Source of the DNA: Psilocybe cubensis
Lineage: Eukaryota
Length of the DNA stretch: 64,000 bases
Assembly (NCBI GenBank): GCA_017499595.2
Contig: CM039000.1
Location: 3,844,001-3,908,000 of the forward strand
Direction: 5' to 3'
How positions within the stretch are numbered: the first letter of the stretch is position 1; each line of letters begins with the position of its first letter. This document shows, piece after piece, positions 40,103 to 53,257 of this stretch. Both the position numbers and the translations under genes were made by a program. The notes below the pieces were generated by a model, which saw nothing but the letters and a program-made list of their open reading frames with translations, ran no database searches and had not been told where the DNA came from.

Positions 40103-42505
40103 CTATATTTTCCCAAACATCCGTTTGAGAATGAGATGCCGTGTGATACTCATCAGACCAACACCAACGAGGACGGCTGTGCCTAGGATTGGAAAGAAAT
40201 ATGTAAGTAAATCGAACGTTTATCTGAGGTTTATAAGTATGCAGAAGACAGACCTGCGTAGTACCCGACTGCCTTAAAATCACCTGTGGCTGTACCAATG
40301 GCTCCAGAAATAGGGGGGCCAGCGAGCGCGCCTATCGCCAAAATGCTCATGAACATTCCGATGCGACGCCCAACGTCTCCTGTCTCACCCATCTCCATGA
40401 TGGGATTAGATAGAAGGGAGACGTATGATCCTGATGCGAAGCTGGATGTCGAGATCAGAACGACATTTGGGAAAATGCAGCATCAAATAGAACGTACCCA
40501 TAGATCACTGTGATCGCTATGAGGGACGATTTCGTCTGAGCGAATGGCCAGGCATAGGTGACGATGCCTGCTGAGACGGTGAACGGAATCATCACATTCA
40601 TAGCCCCTAGAACCACTATTACGCTTCAACAACAAGGCAAAATAGATGAAGAGCGTACCTAATTTATCACAGAGGTTCCCCGCAACGTAACGGCCAAATA
40701 GCGAGCTTGCATTGGCGATAGCAATAAAGTAGAATGCAAAATCTGACGAGATTCCAATGTCCGTCGCGCTTACACCAACATATGTGAGGACTGTTGGGAT
40801 AAGAATGAGCCGAGAACACAATAATGAACGATTGAACTCGCCAGTATAGATCCCAAGGAAAGTGACAAACGCCGAAGCACAGTAGACAGAGTACGGCGCA
40901 GATTTGAATGCAGCAAGATTGAGGAGTCCTCCTGCAACTTTTTTTGGGGGTAGGCGCCGTTTAAGCAACTGAAGCATCATTATCAATATACTCAGTATTG
41001 GTCCATCATAAGCGAAACAATGCCATACCAGATTGGACATCCCTAATGTAGTTAGTAGGATGAATCCAAATATGCGCATGGTCCATTTGAACCTGGGTAT
41101 CAGAAGGACGATTAGTAGTTGTACGAGGAGAAGTAGAGAAGTATAGATATGCGGCTCACCCAACACGAGGAATCAGATTATTAGCTGTTATAGGTAGAAT
41201 TGTTCCACCAAGCGAGGAGCCAACAGCTACTAGGCCCATCGCGAACCCACGGCGTTTTTTGAACCAGTGAGCAATCACTGCAGTCGTCGGTCCAAATATT
41301 CCCCCACAACCAAACTAGTTACATATACATCACGCCAGGGGACAATAAACCAAGAAGAAAATAACAAATAAGATGACTTTAGTTAACAGGTGAACAAGAT
41401 ATGGAAAGGAGTACTCACACCAACAACAAACCCTTGACAGAGTAAGAAGTGCCAGTACTGCGTGCATTGGGCGACGAGGAAGGTCGCACCAACGAGAATT
41501 GCGCTTGATATCAGAAATATAGAGCGGAAATATCCTAGGTCGAACAGGCGCCCGACAATGAGGCCGGGTAGAAAAACAAGTGAATACTATTATTATTTAA
41601 TTACGCTTTAATATGAATATCTGCGTGGAAGGTTAAGGATAACCTACCTGAATAGAGCCTATCCATGCACTGCGTAACATAGTTAGTGAGCGTCCCACTC
41701 CTGGACTAAGTGGTGCAGGAGAAGTACCCACATTGTTGACGGTGATGAACTACTTAGTAATGTCTCTTCGTAGTACTTCTGGAAGATCTGAAGTAATAAT
41801 GACCCACAAGTCAGCTTTTTCCTAGCCTGCAACAAATCCAAACTACTCACCCCCCATGAGTTAACATAGCCGAACCTGCGTTGCGTTAAAAATAGAACAT
41901 TAAAAATTCATCAAATGATGCAAAAAAAATGAAGTGTGACTTCCTATGACATATCTACGCCAAGGTTGTAATAATGAAGAGGCATGTGTGCGTCGGCAGC
42001 GTCGCGGCGACCATGATGAATGGCATAGCGCGAGTCACGAGGTCGCTACGACCCCTGCACGAAGGCATCGCCGGACCTCGTATCAAGGAAAAAATAGGGA
42101 GGGACGAGGTCAAGGACAGCGATGCCTTCACGACTAATAGAAACACAAAGAGGCCATTGGGAAATAAAAGATACTTACGTCGAGAACGTATTGCACATGG
42201 CCTACGAAAGTCAAAAAATTTTATGTGAGTTAAAAAAGATAACTTGAGGAGACGGAGAATTGTGATGATTCGAAACGTACCCCCGCCAAAATCAGCCATG
42301 CTCGCGTACCGCCATCCGGGTAGTCATCTTCTACTTCCCCTTCTTCCTTGTCTTTGGTAGAAGCTGCTTCAATAGTTGAGTGCACGGTGTATTTCTCTTT
42401 GGATGTCGAGGACATAGAGTCGGCGCGGGAGGATCGTACGTTTTCGATCGTAATGTCGTGAGAGTATCGTGAGTCATTGAGGTGTTCGTCGTGAAGGGAG
42501 GTCAT
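40103..42505 (-). CDS. MFS transporter, monocarboxylate-permease (Mch/SLC16-like) family, many small exons
   Basis: YPDGGTRAWLILAG, FGYVNSWGIFQKYY, AWIGSIQ, GRLFDLGY, AHWFKKRRGFAMG, GDVGRRIGM and GPPISGAI. Confidence 0.92.
41981..42155 (-). promoter_or_regulatory. Structured GC-rich RNA element inside the 303-nt intron (41876-42178) of the MFS gene
   Basis: Perfect 11-bp (42061-71/42119-29) and 8-bp (42074-81/42104-11) stems, a second multi-segment hairpin (41996-42058) and a closing stem 41992-95/42131-34. Regulatory function is inferred only. Confidence 0.5.
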
Positions 42506-45197
42506 GCTGGCAGTAGCAAAGAGTGAAGATAAGTAGTGAAAGCGTGAGTCGCCACGGGAAGGGGTAGAAGTTTAGGGGGCACTCGTGAGCAAAGTATTGA
42601 TGGTCCGGTTATCTTAAGTAGCCAAATTTCCTTACAACGGCATCCGGGCAGACCGTATTTTCAAGTAATCTGACGATTTTCAGAGCAACCCGTGTGCATG
42701 TCTTCCGTAACACCGAAGTTTCTGGTTGACTCAATAACTCTGCAAGGGAACAAATGCGCCATAGGGTGGGGGGTGGTTTTTAATAGAAAGTGGAAGAAAT
42801 TTGTTCCAGAGCGCGAGCTTATTGATGGAATACATAAGCGGATCTTATCAGATATGTGGCGGCATTCAAGCGGCATTCGGAGAATCCGAATGTACGAGCA
42901 CTTCGAAGAGTAGATTTCTGTGGATGCTCCAGTGTACATTCATCATCGTCTTACGGCAGTTCATAGCTGAAAAGTCGCCACCTATAATCTCATTTAGAAC
43001 TTTATTACTGTGGAAGGCAAGAAGAAACACGGAAGCATACTTAGAAGTTAACATGGTTGCCGAAAAGTTATCTGATAAGATCCTATCGAGAGTCTCTTCA
43101 AGGGATGGAAATGATAAAATTTGTAAAAAAATGCACCAGTTCATGTCTATACCTTCGAATGAGCAGAGCGGAGTTAATCTGTATAAAAATCGACGTGTAC
43201 AAGGTCAGAGAGCTGCGTCTCATGGAATATGAGTACGTTTCACTACTTGAATGATTACCAACGAACCCTTGTTGGATGACGAAGCAGGCACAGAAACAGA
43301 ACACTGTTCAGAAAAAAGAACTCTCCCCGGAGCTCGATGACCACGGCACAGCCGCCGTCCGACGGAAGAGCATCGGCAGAAGCACATATGCGGTGCAACA
43401 CTTCTATTCGGAGCAGGAGGTCCATTGACAGTGTAAATTCCATCCGGCGTGGATCGGACGGCCAGAGCAAGGACGGAATGGCGTATTTAGATGAGTAAAC
43501 AGGATGAAGTTGGCCAGATTGTAGACAATTGATGTTCCACTGGAAGCTAGAGCACACGGACTACACTGTTGTGTAGATGAGTAGATGCTATAAACACTTG
43601 GGCAAGTCAAGGAGGCTTGAATTGTAAGACGTGTACGTGTACAAGATTCGGGCATGGAAAGTGTGATTGAAGGTGGTTTCGACCAGAAGGTATATGCGTG
43701 TTGACCCTGCAAGAATGAAGCGGAGGCAGGCCCTTCTTCCCAAGTGACATTGATTTTTAACCAGCAGGTTTTTGCGTGTTTTCAGGAATGGCGGCATCGG
43801 AAGGGTGCAGCATTCTGTCATCCCCAAGCAAAAGACCGACTGTTGTGCGAGCACGACGTTTAGTTGTGCGCTTCAGAACGAATATACACTGAACATCCTC
43901 TAATTCGTCGCAAACGTTTCGAAATCAAGCTCCCTGGTGCGCGAGGTGACACGAGCCTCTTAGAGTGGTTACACGTAATATGCCTACAGGTGAGAACGCC
44001 AGGCTGAACTGGAATGACTCAGAACGTACCAAGAACGTACCAAGTGGAATTCACCGGATTATTCTATCGAAATTTAGGTTCTTTGACTTTGATTGCCAGT
44101 CTCTTCTCGTCAGACATTAAAGAAGAGACTCCTATGGCCTTAGACTGAGACATATACTATGATATTCCCAAGAAGGGGAATCCATGGCCAGGCTGAAGTA
44201 CACATGTTGAAGGGAAAATGTGCTGATTCATTGAATCTCATGGGTGTCAAACACACGACAGTCTTGAAGCAAAAGCAAAAGGACGGATAACAGATCCAAG
44301 GTTCAAGCGCATATAACACAATTAATCGTGAGTAGCATTCGAATAGAAGAATAGGCTACGTACTTCTGAGCTGAATGTCGTGATCCTGATCCAGAAATTA
44401 AGCGTAATGACCCTATAGAGTTAGTAGTAAAAGGCACGAAGAAGTGGGAATGTACGGAGAGAAGTATGAAACGCATATTCCACTGAGAATGAAGCGTTTT
44501 TGTCTCATATACCAAATTCTCTTTCGTGCTAAACAGAAGGAGAATTATAGGAATACCCGTGAGCTTTAAGCTTTCCTTATGCCCAGAATCATGGATCAGA
44601 TGTATTTTTCTGTAAGTAAATTACTAGTTCACGCACCGAGAACATGCGCGTACGTGCGAAGGAGATGGGACCTGGGAACTTCCTCTATCGCCTTTCCCCT
44701 CATCAACTTCCAATGCCTGGGGAGACAGTAATCGCTGTTTTCGCACTGTTAAATCTGATAATTTCAGACTGAGTTTGGCCACATTAAAAAGGTCGTTAAA
44801 CAGGTCGAAGGCCTTCGAATGCCGGGCAAACCCAGCCTCCCTTTCAGTTACTTTCATTGTCAACCAATGGTTGACTTTGAACGGTCGAAGAGCCTAGGAA
44901 GATTTCCATCGAGTTTTAACCCTCAATTCTAGGGAGCTTTCCGTGCTCTATCAAAATCCGACTTTGGAGGAAGGAGCAAGGAAGATGAAAGAAATTCTAC
45001 AATGAAAGTTCCAACTTGGTTCAATCGTTGGATTCGACACTGGAGTGGCTGTGGTGCTTACATGAAAGATAAGATAAGATTGCAATGTTGTGCTTGTTCG
45101 TGTTTGTCTTATGGCCTAAATCAAGCAACCAAAAAAATTGTTCCAGTTCGTCGCCTCTCACAACCAACTAACGAAAAACGCATCACCAATAGATAAA

Positions 45198-46457
45198 ATG
45201 GCATTTGGTGAGTATCAATTGTTTCATAAATTATACTGATCCTCCTAATCAAATTTTAGGTGCTTCAGGAGGACGTGGAGGCTTTGGCGGACGCGGAGGA
45301 GGGGATCGTGGTGGACGAGGCGGGGGTCGGGGTGGAGGACGAGGAGGTTCTTTCGGTGGACGAGGCGGTGATCGTGGTGGACGTGGAGGTGCGCCATATT
45401 TCTAAGTGTTCATCATTTTAGATCATCATTGACCTCTTTGTCTTCTCTCTGTGGGAAATTATAGGTGGTCGCGGTGGTGGTCGCGGTGCGCCAGGCGGGC
45501 GTGGTGCGCCTCGTGGAGGGCGTGGAGGTCGTGGAGGCGCTAGAGGAGGTGCCAAGGGTGGTGCCAAGGGTGGTGCCAACACTGTTCTGGAACCCCACAG
45601 ACATCCTGGTGTCTTCATCGCGAAAGGAAAAGACCACATGTTGGTCACCAAAAATCTTGTCCCCGGAGACTCTGTGTATGGTGAGAAGCGGATAACAATC
45701 GATGGAGGCGTCGAGGGCACGAAAACAGAATATCGTGTCTGGAATCCCTTCCGCTCTAAGTTGGCTGCTGGTGTTTTGGGCGGTCTTGACCACATTTTCA
45801 TTCAACCTGGTGCCAAGGTTCTTTACCTTGGTGCTGCCAGTGGAACAAGTGTCAGCCATGTTGCTGATATCGTTGGCCCTGTATGTTCTAATCAATTTAC
45901 GTTTTGACATTGTTTCATTAACCTTGGAATTCAGGAGGGAAATGTTTACGCCGTCGAGTTCTCACCACGTTCTGGCCGTGATTTGATCAACATGGCGAAG
46001 AAGAGGACAAATGTTATCCGTATGTTTCATTTTTTCAGCACAATCGCATTACGTTTATTCATTGATTTTGAAGCTATCGTTGAGGATGCCCGTCTACCAA
46101 ACAAATACCGAATGCTCCTGCCCATTGTCGATGTTATTTTCGCTGATGTTGCTCAGCCCGACCAAGCCCGTATCGTTACTCACAACGCCGAAAGTTTCCT
46201 CAAGGACGGTGGCCATGTTATCATTTCCATCAAGGCCAGCTGTATCGACTCAACTGTGCCCGCGGAAACAGTCTTCGCCTCAGAAGTGCAGTACCTAAAA
46301 GAACACAACTTCAAGCCTCTCGAGCAGGTTACTCTGGAGCCTTACGAAAGAGATCACGCAATGGTCACTGGTACGCGCTGATTGTTTAGTTACAGGAACT
46401 ACACACTAAAGGCTTATATTTCCAGCTTTATATTACCGCCACACAAAACCTGTATAA
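45198..46457 (+). CDS. NOP1: Fibrillarin (rRNA 2'-O-methyltransferase), multi-exon
   Basis: RGG/GAR N-terminus, [54 protein letters not shown] and LEPYERDHA. Confidence 0.97.
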
Positions 46458-46920
46458 GCGTCTGCTTTTCTCTTGCTGATCTGAATTGGGTAGGAAGCTT
46501 AGGCTGAAGCTTCGAGGCGCCTTGTGAGGTTGGGGCAAAAATTATTCCATGTACATACTTTGTCGAGCTCTTCATGTTTTTTTGTCTTTTTTTTCTTTTC
46601 TTTATATATGTATCTTTTAATTTCTTACGCGCTCAAATACGTTGATGCCGGCTGTGCATTAGAGTTGATATGTGATGAGAATTATCGGTCAACTGAGAGC
46701 GCAAAATTGACGTGGCAGTCTTGTGGAGATCATGTGTTCGCACGCAGTAGTGACAGCGATGAAGCAGCTCGGAATAGTTTCTCTTTACATTTACCACAAT
46801 TTCACCGAGCACAAACTTCTTTGTATCTCTGCCTCCTACAACCATCTCCGTCGTCGTTTCACACGTCGACCAGGCACGCGCCAGCGACTAAGCCAATACA
46901 GGTTGCAATCCCCAAGCTGA

Positions 46921-49900
46921 ATGAAACCAGGCGCAGTCGCGGTAGACTTCGGGACCAACGATCCCGATCCTGCATTTGACTTTGAACAAGTACCCTATCC
47001 AAACTCCAACAACTGGACGTCCATTGACCGAGAAGAAGATCTCCCACTGCATTACATGTCTGAAGAAAAGGCGCGGAGGCGGGTTGTAAAAGGCCCTGGA
47101 GCGCCGTCTGGTGGCGAGTACGAGTATAATGAGAAGGAGCGCTACGTAGATTACTACGAGGATGAGAGCAAGGACATTTACAACAAACCCCGCGCCAGTT
47201 CGGCGCGCATAGGCAGCGGGCGGCTGCCTCAACCTCCTCTACCCCCTCCGACATCCCTAGTAAGTTTCCAAGTTGTCTTTTGCATGAGCGGTCATAATGA
47301 CTTCACACGTCAACTAGCGCGAGTTCTTCATGCAAAACCTTGAGCACCTTCCTCCAATCATCTACACCCTTCTCTCTTGCTGGACACGCTTCCACAAAAT
47401 TGGCGCATCGAACATCGTCGTTTGGGACGAGGCGCACTTTGGCAAGTTCGGCTCGCACTACCTCAAGCGCGAGTTTTACTTTGACGTGCACCCGCCGCTT
47501 GGGAAAATGCTCGTTGGTCTTGCGGGCCTGCTGGCAGGTTACGACGGCTCGTTCGAATTCAAGTCCGGCGAGGCGTATCCCGAGAACGTGCCCTACGTCG
47601 CAATGCGGGTGATGCTGGCGACATTTGGTGTTGGCATGGTCCCCCTCGCTTGGTACACAGCTGTGGAGCTTGGAATGAGCCAGTGGGCGTGCCATCTCAC
47701 GGCGATGATGGTCTTGCTAGGTATGTTTCCATCACTTCCTCAATGTTGATGATGTATTGATAGAAACAAAACAGACGTTGGTTGGTTATGTATCTCTCGT
47801 TTCATTCTCCTGGATTCCATGCTCCTATTTTTCACGGTCCTTACTGTCTTCTGTTTAACAAAATTCCACAACCAACAGTACCAGTAAGTCTCATCTTATC
47901 CTTGATGAATTTCGGACGGACTGTGATTTCTCGACTAGATCATTTTCTATTGATTGGTGGCTATGGTTGTTCCTAACTGGTGCTTCCATTGGTGCTGTAA
48001 CAAGGTGTGTTCCTCTTTGTTGTGACGTTAGATTGCTATGACCTGAAATCTGGTTCTTAGTGTCAAAATGATCGGTCTGTTCGTCACGGCGTTGGTGGGC
48101 GTCTACACTGTCGAAGACCTTTGGGAAAAATTCGGTGACACAAAAATGTCTTGGGTAAGCATTTATTTACGAGGTGATGCTCCATTCTGATGTTGTTTCG
48201 TCTTTCAGCGGGATCAGGCTAAGCATTGGGGTGCTCGTATCTTCTGTCTAATTATCGTTCCTATTCTCGTCTTCATGGCCTCTTTCAAGATTCATTTCAT
48301 GGTTCTGAATCATTCTGGACCTGGTGATGCTCAAATGAGCTCTTTGTTCCAGGCCAACCTTGAAGGAAATGACTTTGCACAAAATCCTCTGGGTGTGTCT
48401 GATTTACGCTTCCTCTTCGTGTACAAAATTAACACCGCTCATAGAAATCGCTTTCGGTTCTAAAATCACACTTAAAAACATGGGCTGGGGAGGAGGCCTT
48501 CTCCATTCGCATGTGCAGACCTACCCTGTCGGGTCCAACCAGCAACAAGTGACCTGCTACCACTACAAAGACAGCAACAATGAATGGCTGGTCCTGCCGC
48601 GATGGGATGAGCCGGCGTACAATCCACAGGGCGAGATCAGGTACCTTAAGCACGGTGACGTCATCATCCTGCGACACGTCCCTACTACGCGCAATCTGCA
48701 CTCGCACAACATCGTCGCGCCAGTCTCAAAGCTCAACAATGAAGTATCCTGCTACGGCAACGAAACTATTGGTGACAGTTCAGATTATTGGCAGGTTGAG
48801 GTGGTGGACGACATCAAACAGGGCAACCACGTTGATCGAATTCACTCATTGACGACGAGGTTGAGGTTTAAGCATAAGACGCTAGGGTGCTATTTGAGGG
48901 CCGCAAATGCAATTTTGCCCCAGTGGGGGTTCAAGCAGGTTGAGGTTAGTTGTGATAAGGAAAATAATCCCAAGGATATTCATACCTACTGGAACGTTGA
49001 AAGTCACTGGAACGAAAGACGTATGTCTGCTTTTGATCGTTGATCAGTAACGCTCTTACTTACCGGAATTTTCGCAGTTCCTAGCGGCAACACCAAGTTC
49101 TACAAATCACCTTTCTTGCGCGATTTCTGGCATCTCAACGTCGCCATGATGACATCGAATAACGCTCTTATCCCCGACCCAGACAAGGAGGATATCCTTG
49201 CATCCAAACCATTCGACTGGCCGTTCATCCACCTTGGGTTGCGTATGTGCGGTTGGGGCGATAACCAACTGAAGTACTACCTTATGGGCACGCCTGTCAT
49301 TTGGTGGGGCAGCACAATTAGCTTGGGTGTTGCACTGGTTGCGCTTTTAATATATTTGCTCCGCTGGCAAAGAAAGTACAAGGATATGGATGCTCGTGCG
49401 TGTTTATTCTTTCTCTTTGTTTGGTTTTTTGTATGGGCAGGCATTTGCTGATTAAAGTTGGAATCTAGGTGAATGGGATCATTTCCTGTATGTCGGCAAA
49501 ATCGCGTTCTTTGGCTGGTTCTTCCACTTTGTACCATTCCTCATCATGGGCCGTGTAACATATCTCCACCACTACGTAAATCGCTCTCCTTCTATCTTTC
49601 CTCTAACTATCGTTGCTCATTTTCTTGTCTAATAGTTACCTACCCTCTACTTCGCAGTGCTTATGTTCTCTCATGTCCTTGACCACTTCATTTTCTCCTC
49701 GCGAAACTTGACCACAAAAACGAAATCCATCATCTTTGGAGTTCTTTCATTTACCCTGGTTTTCACCTTCTGGTGGTTCAAAGGCGTTGCATTTGGTATC
49801 CTTGGACCTATAAACGAACACAAAGGTCTCCAGTGGAGAAAGGTGCGTCATCTAGCAAGCCATTCATTCGTTGCTTTGCCAGCATGGTTCTGATTTATGG

Positions 49901-49938
49901 CTTATTTTGTTTAGTCATGGAATATCTACGAAAACTGA
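46921..49938 (+). CDS. PMT2: Dolichyl-phosphate-mannose protein O-mannosyltransferase, PMT2 subfamily, multi-exon
   Basis: VVWDEAHFGKFGSHYLKREFYFDVHPPLGKML, SGPGDAQMSSLFQANL, MIR domains (LLHSHVQTYP, NLHSH) and MGRVTYLHHY. Confidence 0.92.
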
Positions 49939-50594
49939 TTATATTAGAATATGGAGTTGAGATGGCCTGAACTGACCGAGTATGAGTACGACCGTTGAAG
50001 AAGGGGATGACGCTGATGAAGTAATGGATAATGGATGTATTATTTTTGTGCGCCCGTTGTGATCTTTACTATGATGGACCCTAACACCACTCTTTAATTT
50101 AATTATTCTTCTCGCTCGCTCGTATTTGGCTCGTATTGCAATTCTTCTGCCTAAGCCCTTCCAGAATGAAAACTTGTACCGACGCCCTACGCAATCTTGG
50201 CGTGCCGCTCATCTTCACTAAGAGACTGCAGTTCCAGTCGGGGAAGATGTATTCGCGTGTCAAACACCGGTAGCCTATCTTCAGCAAAGCTCACTACGCT
50301 TTTATGTTTCGAACTTATGTATACCCGATTTAGACCTGAAGCAACCAAAATGTACACGTTGCTATCAGTAGTCCTGCAAGTTCATGCGGTTATTAAGCGC
50401 TAAGCCGCTGTATAAACTGGGATGGTTCCCAAATAACCTCAAGGCGGCCCGGCAACGCTGCTTTCCAGACCCATCTGGCTTTGGAAGTGATCTGTCTTAT
50501 GACACCTTCACCATAGCATGGGACCCGAGGCAACTACGATCGGATATTTAAGGTGTAGTGCGTCCTTTCTTCCTTGCCTTACCTTCATCCAATA

Positions 50595-53167
50595 ATGACT
50601 TTCACAACAACTCAAATCTTACCTACAATTGGAGGATGGCGTCTTATCGACGTGACATTGCTCGTCGGTGCTGCATTTTTGCTGTCCATGACCACTCTTC
50701 GTTGGTATTCCACACGTCGAAACATACCACCAGGCCCTCCCCCTAGGTTCTTTGGTTTAAATAAAGCGCCTTCCGGTACGCATCCTTCGAAGGTTTTCTA
50801 CATGATGCAAAAACAATACGGCAAGTACTCCGAGGTTAATCTGTCAGGGCGTCGCTGACTTTGGTTCTTCATGAAGGGAACATTATTTCCTTTTACCAGG
50901 GACGAACGCTTGTTGTCGGTATGTTAATGGTGACCTAGCCGCCATGGAAAAAGATTACGAATGGTCTTTTTAGTTTTGGGCACGTTGAAGGCTGCAACTG
51001 ATTTGTTGGAGAAGAAAGGGAGCATATATTCGAGTAGACCACGAAGTATTCTTGCGTGAGTCGCATGTTCATATATTAGGACACAAGAATCTAACCTGCA
51101 CCCTGAATTTGTAGATCAGAGATACTGTCTGGAGGAATGAGAGGTCTCAGCATGCCTTATGGACAACGCTGGAGAAATTGGCGATCAGTAAGTTCATACT
51201 TTCTATCAGGAATAAACAGGCCCATGAAACCTCCCTCAAAATAGCTAATGCATGCAGGAATGGGTATTGAAGCTTCGCAGGGATACAGAGCGCTCCAGTC
51301 GCTTGAGTCCAAGATACTTCTCAAGCAACTCCTGACGGACAAAGACCCCCGAAATTATGCATCTTATTTCCGTCGGTGAGTTGGAAAGTCCGGGTCGTGA
51401 TGATGTTCTGTATGCCAATTCATCTGGGACTCATCCTCTACCCAACAGATTCGCGGTGTCAATTGTGTTTTGCGTTGCCTACGGTCGTCGTGTTGATTCC
51501 TTAGACGACCCAGCAGTAATTGCTAATTTCAAAACTGATGAATGTGGGTACTAGATCGCTTCTATCATAGTTAGAGTCAATTTCTGATATACCATGTCGT
51601 TCAAAGGTTTCATTCGGTAAGTATTCAAATTCCAGGTTTTTTCCCTTTCAATACATTTGACGCCCACATGCCGTATTTCCAACAGATTGAGGTATGGCAT
51701 CACCCTTCTCTGGCATTTATGATGACCTAAGGGATCCGCTTGATTTACAGTACCCCAGGGAGATACATCGTAGAATCTGTAAGCGAACCTTATGTATGAC
51801 GCTCAGCAGTTATCTGAACCCCGTATGCTTCATAAAACTCAGTGGCCCATTTTACTTTACCTTCCTGTGGGTACTCACTGCTCTCCATTATTTTCTAGAC
51901 AGATATCTCATCTTTGTTCGATGTTATCTTAGCGCTTTATGCAATGGTTCCGACATGAAGCAGAGGAACGCCGAAAAGAGGATACGGAATTGTACATGTC
52001 TCTTGTGAGCGAAGTTCGGAAACGCATAGACTTAGGTGTTGCGGCGCCCTCAACCGCCAGACGCGCATTGGAGAAACAGTCTGACTTCGGACTCAATGAC
52101 GTTGAAACAGCATTTGCTCTTTCCGCGCCATTTGCAGCTGGTGTTGGCACGGTAAGTAAGATATTATGATGTCACATCCAATCTATGCAAATTAATGTCT
52201 CTCTCCTTGGGTAATATAGACGCTGTCTGCTCTCAATGTCTTCTTTTGTAAGATTTCCTTTACTTCTTCCTGACGGCATTTACATTTTGGGTTACAGTGG
52301 CAATGCTTCATTTCCCTGGTGTAATGCATAACGCACAACAAGAAATAGACGATGTCGTTGGTTCAAGCCGGATCCCAGACTTCGACTACATAAACTCGCT
52401 TCCTTATATCAAGGCAGTGATATTGGAGACATTGAGGTACTTTCTGCGTCTCTTCGTAATTTAACCTTTGTGACAAAATTTGATTCGATGTAGATGGCGG
52501 CCTATTGCCCCTATAGGCGTTCCGCATAGCGTCATACAAGACGATATATACCAAGCAGGAGATGATGAGCTTTTTATCCCAAGTGGAAGCACAGTTTATG
52601 CAAATATTCAGTGAGCGTCATCTGGTGTTAGTTGTAGTGAATTTGTTCGTTCTGATTTTTCTAGCTCTATGAGTAAAGATACTGAGGTACCTATTAATTC
52701 AAAAACATGAACCATGGCATAATTTGCTTGACGCTTTGGTTTTCAGGCCTTTCCATCCCCCGATGAGTTTCGACCAGAACGATATCTCGAAGCTGAAAGC
52801 TCATCATCCAACTCACCTCACACGACCTTTTTCTTTGGTTTTGGGCGTCGTATATGTCCCGGAATGCATGTTGCTCAGAATTCGCTGTACGCTGTGATTG
52901 TCAGGTATGTTTGGATATACGGGCACGTCGAGGTTGCTAACGAATTCATCGCAATCGATTAGCATATTGTGGGCATTCGAGATTCTTCCCATAAAAGACG
53001 AACATGGAGTTCCTGTAATTCCATCTACTGACGACTTTGTTGGGGGACTTGTTGTCCATCCCCGTCCTTTCTCATACTCATTGGTTCCAAGAAAGAGGGG
53101 AGAGAGAGAAAGTATTATTATACAAGCAGCTAAATTGGCTGAAGAAAATGCTTCTGCATGGATGTAA
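50595..53167 (+). CDS. Cytochrome P450 (ER-anchored), many small exons
   Basis: TM anchor plus PPGP hinge, YSSRPR, ETLRW (ExxR), FRPERY and heme motif FGFGRRICPG. Microexons restore the frame. Confidence 0.93.
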
Positions 53168-53257
53168 GCTGTAAGATCCTGTAACGTTCGTTTGAAGTTC
53201 CTACTTCTGTCGTACTTACCTTGTCGGTTTGCGAAAATAACATATATTATTATCTAT

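Noticed and set aside
42661-43854. Cluster of overlapping 70-140 aa ORFs upstream of the MFS gene
   Set aside because: No recognisable motif and no consistent splice model that I could build.
45260-45580. GGN-rich repetitive DNA and antisense Pro-rich ORFs
   Set aside because: Explained by the RGG/GAR domain of fibrillarin.
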